Shown: in pieces, positions 45,733 through 53,200 of the stretch
Layout: every line of letters starts with the position of its first letter
Numbering within the stretch: position 1 is the first letter of the stretch
Assembly: GCA_018823285.1 (NCBI GenBank)
Contig: JAHJIQ010000010.1
Location: 15,808-79,807, forward strand
Direction of reading: 5' to 3'
From: Pseudomonadota bacterium
GTDB taxonomy: Bacteria > Desulfobacterota > Desulfobulbia > Desulfobulbales > JAGXFP01
DNA length: 64,000 nt
The notes under the pieces: model-generated
The model's database searches: none
What the model saw: only the letters and a program-made list of their open reading frames with translations
Told to the model about the DNA's origin: nothing
Translations under genes and position numbers: made by a program

Positions 45733-47593
45733 TGATAGTGAGAACAACTGGTTAGTTAACCTGAATCGACAGGCTGGCATCCGTCGGGCGGTCATCCTGC
45801 ATGGGGATGTTCTGGACGTCTGCTACGACATCGCCAGTTCAACATATCGGCCCATTCTTGATGTTGTGTTGCGCACATTGAAAGATCGTGGATTTCACCA
45901 TGTGGTTGTGTGGGATCGGTTCTCAGGCGTTGAGAATATCGCTAGCGACGTGTGGAAATCGATGGTTCAAGAAGCTACGTTTGGTTCATCTTCACAGGAA
46001 GATGATTCTGATCATGATTATGATGTCGGGCCACGTGACATCCCGACGGATGCAAGCGCTGGTATAATCCCTCAGAATACTGACGATTTTCTGGCTGTCC
46101 TTTACCATCACATGTTGCGGCCAAAAAAAGAGCGGGTAGTATTTGTTCTGGACTGGACGCAATACCTTTTTGGTAATGCTAATGCACTATCGGAACAAGA
46201 GCGGCAATGGTTGCTTATCATCTCAAAGGCAATTCGCAACGCTCCCGTACCGACCGACGATGTAGAAAGCCTGAAGAGTCCTTCAAATTTGGTCGTTTTG
46301 CTGTGTCAAAGGCTGGGCGCTATCCCTCCATCTCTCTACCAGGCGAATCCATCTATTCAAGAAATAGTAGTTCCTTCACCTAGTCGGATAGAGCGGGAAC
46401 ATTTTCTTAAGCGCAGCATCGACAAATGGGCGCTCCGCGCAATGCCAAACCCTGGTGAGTTGGCATTCAGCGATTTTGTTGATGCCTTGGAGGGTATGTC
46501 TCTACGCGATCTTCAACAACTTGTACGTCTTTCTCGACAGGTTCCTGGTGACCCACTCACGTTTGATCGTCTTATTAACCTGTACCGCTATGGTGAGCAA
46601 AAAAGTCCTTGGGAGGATCTTAGTAGATCAAAGTTGGCGACAATCCGCGACACTCTCAAGAAACGGGTCAAAGGGCAGGATGAATCTGTCGACAAGGTGT
46701 CTAGAGCCATTATCAGGGCGTTTACGGGCCTCTCCGGACTTCAGCACTCCAAGAAACAGAGAATGCCGAAGGGGACATTGTTTTTTGTGGGGCCCACCGG
46801 AGTAGGTAAGACGGAATTAGCCAAGTCACTTGCACAGTTCTTGTTTGGTGACGAGGACGCATGTATCCGTTTTGATATGTCCGAGTTCAACCACGAACAC
46901 AGCGATCAACGTCTCGTTGGAGCGCCTCCTGGTTATGTTGGTTACGAGGAAGGCGGCCAACTCACCAATGCAGTCATAAAGCGGCCATTTTCGGTTTTGC
47001 TGTTTGACGAAATTGAGAAGGCTCATGTCCGGATTCTCGATAAGTTTCTCCAAATCCTTGAAGATGGAAGGTTGACTGATGGGAAGGGCGAGACTGTTCA
47101 TTTCTCGGAAACCGTCATTATCTTCACATCAAATATCGGTGCGTCTGAGGTCGAGCTTCAGGATGATCAAGAAGCTGTGCGTCAGCAGTTTATGGAGAAG
47201 GTCAAGGAGCACTTTGTCAAAGTAGCTAAGCGTCCAGAACTGCTGAGTCGACTGGGTGACAATATCGTCCCGTTTAATTTCATTATCGGAGACGATTTTC
47301 TTGTCTCTATCGCTCGGGCGAAATTACAGCCTCTGCGGGATCGGCTAAAAGAGAAATATCGCATTACTGACCTAGCTTTTGACGATGAAGATAAGGCCCT
47401 CTTGGCACTCTCAAACAGTGTGGACCGCCAAAAGGGCGGGCGTGGCGTATTAATCGAGATTGTGAAAAGGATAATTGACCCACTGGCCGATTTTTTGTTT
47501 ATGGAGGAGGATGATCCGACACACTATGCAGGACGCAGCATTGTTGTTCATCAGGCAGGTGCCGAGGCTACCTTTGTTTTTGAGGTGAGGTAG
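45725..47593 (+). CDS. ClpA/ClpB D2-type AAA+ ATPase with degenerate N-terminal half
   Basis: LFFVGPTGVGKTELAKSLAQFLFG...RFDMSEF...LVGAPPGYVGYEEGGQLT...FSVLLFDEIEKAH...ILEDGRLTD is the classic Clp D2 (AAA_2) module. The N-terminal half has no Walker A. ATG 45725 is 5 nt after GGAGAG (45714-45719); the ORF-track start is 45701. Confidence 0.8.
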   Translation: MVNDSENNWLVNLNRQAGIRRAVILHGDVLDVCYDIASSTYRPILDVVLRTLKDRGFHHVVVWDRFSGVENIASDVWKSMVQEATFGSSSQEDDSDHDYDVGPRDIPTDASAGIIPQNTDDFLAVLYHHMLRPKKERVVFVLDWTQYLFGNANALSEQERQWLLIISKAIRNAPVPTDDVESLKSPSNLVVLLCQRLGAIPPSLYQANPSIQEIVVPSPSRIEREHFLKRSIDKWALRAMPNPGELAFSDFVDALEGMSLRDLQQLVRLSRQVPGDPLTFDRLINLYRYGEQKSPWEDLSRSKLATIRDTLKKRVKGQDESVDKVSRAIIRAFTGLSGLQHSKKQRMPKGTLFFVGPTGVGKTELAKSLAQFLFGDEDACIRFDMSEFNHEHSDQRLVGAPPGYVGYEEGGQLTNAVIKRPFSVLLFDEIEKAHVRILDKFLQILEDGRLTDGKGETVHFSETVIIFTSNIGASEVELQDDQEAVRQQFMEKVKEHFVKVAKRPELLSRLGDNIVPFNFIIGDDFLVSIARAKLQPLRDRLKEKYRITDLAFDDEDKALLALSNSVDRQKGGRGVLIEIVKRIIDPLADFLFMEEDDPTHYAGRSIVVHQAGAEATFVFEVR

Positions 47594-47595
47594 TT

Positions 47596-48195
47596 ATGGC
47601 TCGGTTGAATCTTGCGGACTGGGTTGATTGCACAGAGGTTGAAGGACCTGGAAAGCGTCTGGCACTGTGGGTGCAGGGCTGTTTGCTGAGATGCCCGGAA
47701 TGTTGCAACGCTCATATGCTTGAGATCGTTCCACGCAATGTTGTTGGTACTGATGTTGTTTTGGAGTGGATCAATGATGCGAAGAATTTGCACTCCATTG
47801 AAGGTGTTACTTTTCTTGGTGGCGAGCCGATGTTACAGGCTAGAGGTTTGTCTGAAATTGCGCGCGGATGCCAAGATATTGAGCTATCTGTTATGACTTT
47901 TACAGGATATCCCCTCGACGATCTCAATCAGAACCCAATGCCAGGAGTTTCAGATCTACTTATTCACACTGACATTTTAGTTGATGGCCCTTTTGTATTG
48001 GAAAATCCTGAGCGGACAAGAAACTGGGCTGGATCAATAAATCAGCAATTCCACTTTCTTTCTGAGCGCTACAAAGCTGGCATCGAGTTCGATCCTGCTT
48101 ATAGCCGCGGGTTTGAACTGCGAATATTTGATGATGGCAGAGTACGGACGAATGGATGGCCTTTGGGGAGTATCAATAGGGTCTGGACACGCTAA
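47596..48195 (+). CDS. NrdG-like radical-SAM activase (anaerobic RNR activating protein family), orphan
   Basis: VEGPGKRLALWVQGCLLRCPECCN contains a CX3CX2C triad at 47680-47703. Also present: GVTFLGGEPMLQ and DILVDGPF...WAGSINQQ. GAGGTGAGG Shine-Dalgarno sequence. Last gene of the operon. Confidence 0.8.
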   Translation: MARLNLADWVDCTEVEGPGKRLALWVQGCLLRCPECCNAHMLEIVPRNVVGTDVVLEWINDAKNLHSIEGVTFLGGEPMLQARGLSEIARGCQDIELSVMTFTGYPLDDLNQNPMPGVSDLLIHTDILVDGPFVLENPERTRNWAGSINQQFHFLSERYKAGIEFDPAYSRGFELRIFDDGRVRTNGWPLGSINRVWTR

Positions 48196-48998
48196 CTATC
48201 TGAAATCATTTCTAATCATTGTTTGTAGTAGACCTTTCTGGAGCTTGTATTGACGTTTTTAAGGCCAAAAGACTCAAATATATAGAGTTTATAACGCATG
48301 GTTTGTTGATTTGCGTTGAATATTGGCCCCCAAACAACGCCCAAGGTGACCCCTCTGTGAAAACAAATACCTGCCTTTTTAATGTCCTTAGCCTCCACCC
48401 CGAATAGATTCTAGAGTGAAAAAGATCTTTCGCATAAATCGGAACAAGATAATATTTCGACGCGGAAATCGGTCAATGTTGGAAGTTGATCGACAAGCTG
48501 ACTTTAGTCTGGGATACCACGTATTAGAGTCAGCTATACAGTACAGTTAAAATGATACGCATATGGCTACTGCGAAAAAGTAATTCTATTAACTGCATTT
48601 TTGAGTAGTGGGCTCTCCCTTTTTTTTCGTTCTACCTCGGCATTCATACAAAGCTCTTTCAAACTAGCAAGTATTGTGATCTGTGCAAGTAGATCTGATG
48701 GATTTATTGGTTTGTATCTACGTGGTTTGTAGGGTTTTTCCTACAAAGAAAATTCTTGTTAGAAAAATTAAATCATGTTCTTTTACTCAACTGTGATGGC
48801 AGGTCCTGTTAGCTTGTCACTCAATAAGACTGGGGGGAGTCTTTCATTTCTGGAGTATTCCTGGTCTAAATCATATTTGCTCGTGTTGTGTTTTGTTGAT
48901 CGAGGGGCTGTTCTTTTGCCAGTTATCAAGCTGAATGAGTGAAATGTTTTTTCCCCACTTTGTGCATTTGTGCTTTTATGCATTATTAGGAGTTCTAT

Positions 48999-49802
48999 AT
49001 GAAGAAAGCAATTTTTTCACTGCTGGTTCTGGCAACCTTTCTCCTGCTGCAGTCTGTGTCTTTTGCAGTGCCCAATATCATTACCTATCAGGGCAAACTT
49101 AATGACCAGAACGGCGTGCCGCTGACCGGCAGTTATTCGATCACCTTCACAATCTATGATGATCCGGTGGCTGGCACAGCCCGGTGGACTGAGACTTGGG
49201 ATATTGGAACCAGCCAGGTTACTGTGACCGATGGGTTGTTTCAGGTTGAGCTGGGGTCTCATGTTCCGCTTGTTTCAACCATATTCGACAAAGATGGCCT
49301 TTATCTTGGAATCAAGGTTGAATTTGATGCGGAGATGATGCCGCGGCAGAAGTTTACAAGTGGATCTTTCGCGTTTAGAGCAGAACCACTAGTTCCAACA
49401 TTAAAGAATGTTGTTAATTTGAACAGCTATTCTGCTCCATCAGGATGCGATTGGCATATAGTGCATACATTTTCTGTGCCTCAGGGAGAAATTTGGGAAG
49501 TTAGTAACATGTGGGCAATGCGTTATACTGTCGGTAAGTATGGTCGAAGAATTGATGCAATCAGAATGGTTGTTGAGGGAGTTGTCCACGACACGACTGA
49601 TTCTTATTTGAGTGTAAAGAATGATGATCTTTCATATTTTTCAAACGTAAATTCTATTTACAGTCCCCCATTACAAATATTGCCTGGAAAGACTGTAGTA
49701 ATTGAAGGATATTTTGCAGCGAATAGATCTGGTTCAATCTGTGATGGGAGTACTATTGGTATTAATAATGTTGGATATTATTACCAAGTTAAAAGTTTTT
49801 AA
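48999..49802 (+). CDS. secreted protein with the shared ~100-aa N-domain (paralog family A) and a unique C-domain
   Basis: AGGAG (48988-48992) lies 6 nt before the ATG. Signal peptide MKKAIFSLLVLATFLLLQSVSFA. N-domain: VPNIITYQGKLNDQNGVPL...FTIYD...LFQVELG...LYLGIKV...MPRQKF. The same domain occurs in three other genes here. Confidence 0.6.
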   Translation: MKKAIFSLLVLATFLLLQSVSFAVPNIITYQGKLNDQNGVPLTGSYSITFTIYDDPVAGTARWTETWDIGTSQVTVTDGLFQVELGSHVPLVSTIFDKDGLYLGIKVEFDAEMMPRQKFTSGSFAFRAEPLVPTLKNVVNLNSYSAPSGCDWHIVHTFSVPQGEIWEVSNMWAMRYTVGKYGRRIDAIRMVVEGVVHDTTDSYLSVKNDDLSYFSNVNSIYSPPLQILPGKTVVIEGYFAANRSGSICDGSTIGINNVGYYYQVKSF

Positions 49803-49831
49803 AGTTTATTGTAAGGGAAAATATTCATCAT

Positions 49832-50203
49832 ATGAGATCCGGGATTGCCATTATACTTACTGCTTGTTTGTTGCTTGGGTCATCTTTTGTCAAGGCTGAT
49901 GCTTTGCGTACATATAGAGGTTTTTTATTTTCCCAGAGCGGCCAACCTGTTAATTCCACTGTAAGTATGACATTCCGAATCTATGATGTGTCTGTGGGTG
50001 GCACTCCCATATGGAATGTTACAAAAAACATCCAGATTTTGGACGGCATGTTTGAAGTGCAGCTGGGAGACAAACAACCCCTTAATGATTCTATTTTTGA
50101 GAATGATGAACTTTATATCGGTATCCAAGTGGGTATAGATGATGAAATGACCCCTCGCAAGCAGATGAGCAGCGAGGGGTATGTTTTTAAGACGAAATAT
50201 TAG
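49832..50203 (+). CDS. secreted protein consisting only of the shared N-domain
   Basis: 123 aa. Signal peptide, then YRGFLFSQSGQPVNSTVSMTFRIYDVSVGGTPIW...MFEVQLG...LYIGIQV...TPRKQM. Confidence 0.5.
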   Translation: MRSGIAIILTACLLLGSSFVKADALRTYRGFLFSQSGQPVNSTVSMTFRIYDVSVGGTPIWNVTKNIQILDGMFEVQLGDKQPLNDSIFENDELYIGIQVGIDDEMTPRKQMSSEGYVFKTKY

Positions 50204-50222
50204 TGATAATACATTTGGGCAA

Positions 50223-53200
50223 ATGAAGTTTATCTCCGGCATAATTACTTTACTCTTGGTGACTGCTTGTTTGTCGGCGGATGTCGCTGCCATGGAAAGC
50301 GCCAACTTCAAGATGCCGGTGTTCTCATCCAACCATGGCGGCGGAGCGGCCGGTTCCAGCCAGTACCAGTTGTCAAAAAGTGTTATCCCCCGCCAGCCGG
50401 TAGGTCTTTCAACCAGCGCCAATTTTCAGGTGCAGGCCGAGGTGCTGGATCATGGACTTTCAACCGCACCTTCCTGCGGGGTCTTCATCAGCCAGGATAA
50501 TGTTGCGGCCAATGATCCGGCCGTCAGCCTCGATCTGATCTGTAGCGATCCGGATGGCTGTGAAGAGGTCTCTATTTCCAACAACGGTTTCAATTGGCCG
50601 GTCACCCAGCCTTTCACCACTACTACCAGCTGGACTCTTTCTCCTGGAGATGGCGAGAAGAAGGTCTTCGTAAAGTACAAGGATACTACTGGCGAATGGT
50701 CCGGAATCTGCGGCGATTCAATTAATCTGGACACTAGGGCTCCGACCGCTTCGGCTACCCTGCAGGGCGATACTTTCATAGGTACCCAGAACGTCTCTCT
50801 TGTTGCCAGTGAGCCGGCCACAATTTATTACACAATCGACGGAAGTGAACCGACTACAGCCTCAACCTTATATACAACCCCGCTCGACCTGACTGTAAAT
50901 ACCACTCTCAAATTCTTTGCTGTAGACCTGGCCGGAAACAACGGTCCGGTTGCCACCGAGGATTACACGATCTGCACAGGCACCGGCCTGTCAATTACAG
51001 GCGCGGTTAGAGATGCCCTGCTCAACCAGAATGTTCCCCTGGCGGTGATCAACCTGAAAACCGGCCAGCAGACAGTCAGCAATCCTTCCGGCAATTACTC
51101 CTTCACTGGTCTGGCTGCCGGCTATTATTCAATCGACTCGGTCAGCATCACCGCCCCCGGCTATGTCACCTATCAGAAGGAACTCACTCTCTGCCAGGCC
51201 AATATTGTTAACGACATCAGCCTGACCAAGGACACTACTGTTCTTGGTACCGGTAGCAGTTCCGGTTACAGCGGCGATAACGTCAATACCTCCACCGGCA
51301 ACTATGCCTATAACCGGTCCGATCTGGCGATTCCTGGTCGCGGCATTCCCTTTGCCTTTGACCGTACCTATAACTCCCAGGATGGTTCCGACGGACCTCT
51401 TGGTTTTGGCTGGACCCATAATTACAACATCTCCCTCACTGAAGAAGCAGGCGGCGAGGTCTCCATCCGCTGGGGTGAGGGCCGGACCGAGACCTGGATT
51501 CCGGATGGTGGTGGCGGCTACATCCCGATGTACGGGGTTTTCTCGATTCTGACCAAGAACCTGGATACCAGCTTCAATCTTCGTCTCAAGGATATGACTG
51601 AATACAACTTCGATCCTACCGGACTTTTGACTTCCATCGCTGACGAGTACTCAAATACCATCTCTTTCTCTTACTCTTCCGGAAACCTTGCATCGGTAAC
51701 CGATACTGTTGGTCGCATTATTAATTTCACCAGTGATGTTAATGGACGGATAACCAGCATCACCGATCCGATCAACCGATCGGCCACTTTCTCTTACGAT
51801 GTTAACGGCAATCTGGTTTCAGCCACAGACCTGGACGGCAATGCCACCACCTTCACCTACGACATTTACCATCGGATTCTGACCGTGGTTGATCCCCTCG
51901 GTAACATTGTTCTTACCAACACCTATGACGACCAGAAGAATGTCATTGCCGCTCAGAAGGGTGCTCTTGGTGGCGAAACTCTCTACTCCTATGATGTGGA
52001 ACAACGTCGAACTCAGATCATCGATCGCCTGGGCAACATCTCATATCATTATTACGATGATCTTCTACGGTTAATCTGCGAAGTCGATGCACTTGGCTAT
52101 TCAGCTCATTACGAATTTGATGAAAGAGGTAACCTGATCAGTGTTACCGACAAGAACGGTAATATTACCAACTATGCCCATGACGCAAACGGCAATGTTC
52201 TGACCAAGACCGAACCGTTGGGACGGGTGACTTCCGCTACATACGATGCGGATAACAACCCGTTGACCAGGACCGATGCCAACACCAACACGACCACCTT
52301 CACCTACGATGGTCAGGGTAGCCTGCTGACTGTCACCGATGCCCTGAATAATGTTACGACCTATACCTATGATGCTTATGGGCAAATGGAGACAGTGACC
52401 GATGATCTGAGCAACGTCACCACCAATTATTACGATATTTATGGTAACCGGGTCTCGGTGGTTGATGCGTTAACCAACACCCATACCTACACTTATGACG
52501 TGGTGGGGAGAAAGATCTCTGAATCTCATCCACTTGGGCGGGGTACTCTTTTCACATACGATAATCTGGATCGGCTGGTTTCGGTCACTGATGCTCTGGG
52601 AGGGGGAAGTCTTTTCACTTACGATGCCAACGGCAACAAGACCGAGCATCTCGATGCCAATGGCAACAAGACTACTTTTGCCTACGATGCCAGGGATCGG
52701 CTGATCAGCAAGACCACCCCGATGAACGAGACCGAGACTTATGTCTACGATCTGCTTGATCGGCGGATCGCAGTGACCAGCCCGCTCGGTTCGGTTACCT
52801 CCCTGGTCTACGACAAGATCGGGAACGTCAACCAGACCCTTGATGCCATGGGCAATGTCTCCCGTAGCGAGTACGACGCCAACGGCAACAAGCTTAAAAC
52901 TACCGACCCCATGGGCAATGAAACACTCTTTGTTTATAACGCCCTTAATTGGCTGCTCTCCACCACCGATGCCCTGGGCAACACTACTTCATTCACCTAT
53001 GATAGTAATGGTAACCGTCTGACCGTTACTGACGCCCGGAGCAAGACCCTCACCTCGACCTATGATGTTCTGAACCGGTTGTTGACCGTTGCCGATCCGC
53101 TTAATAACGTCACCACCAATACTTACGATGACCTGGGGCGGTTGTTAACCGTCACCGATGCCCGCAATAACACCACCAGTTTTACCTATGACGAAATAGG

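Noticed and set aside
48196-48998. 800-nt gene-free AT-rich gap between the defence operon and the RHS array. I scanned it for tRNA, ncRNA, CRISPR repeats and gene relics. It includes a T8 run at 48630-48637 and a GTAGG-N6-CCTAC hairpin near 48731-48746.
   Set aside because: There is no cloverleaf-like structure, no direct repeats and no stable GC-rich stem preceding the T run. The three 60-66-aa ORFs there have no recognisable motifs. It probably holds promoter or boundary DNA, but nothing I can support.
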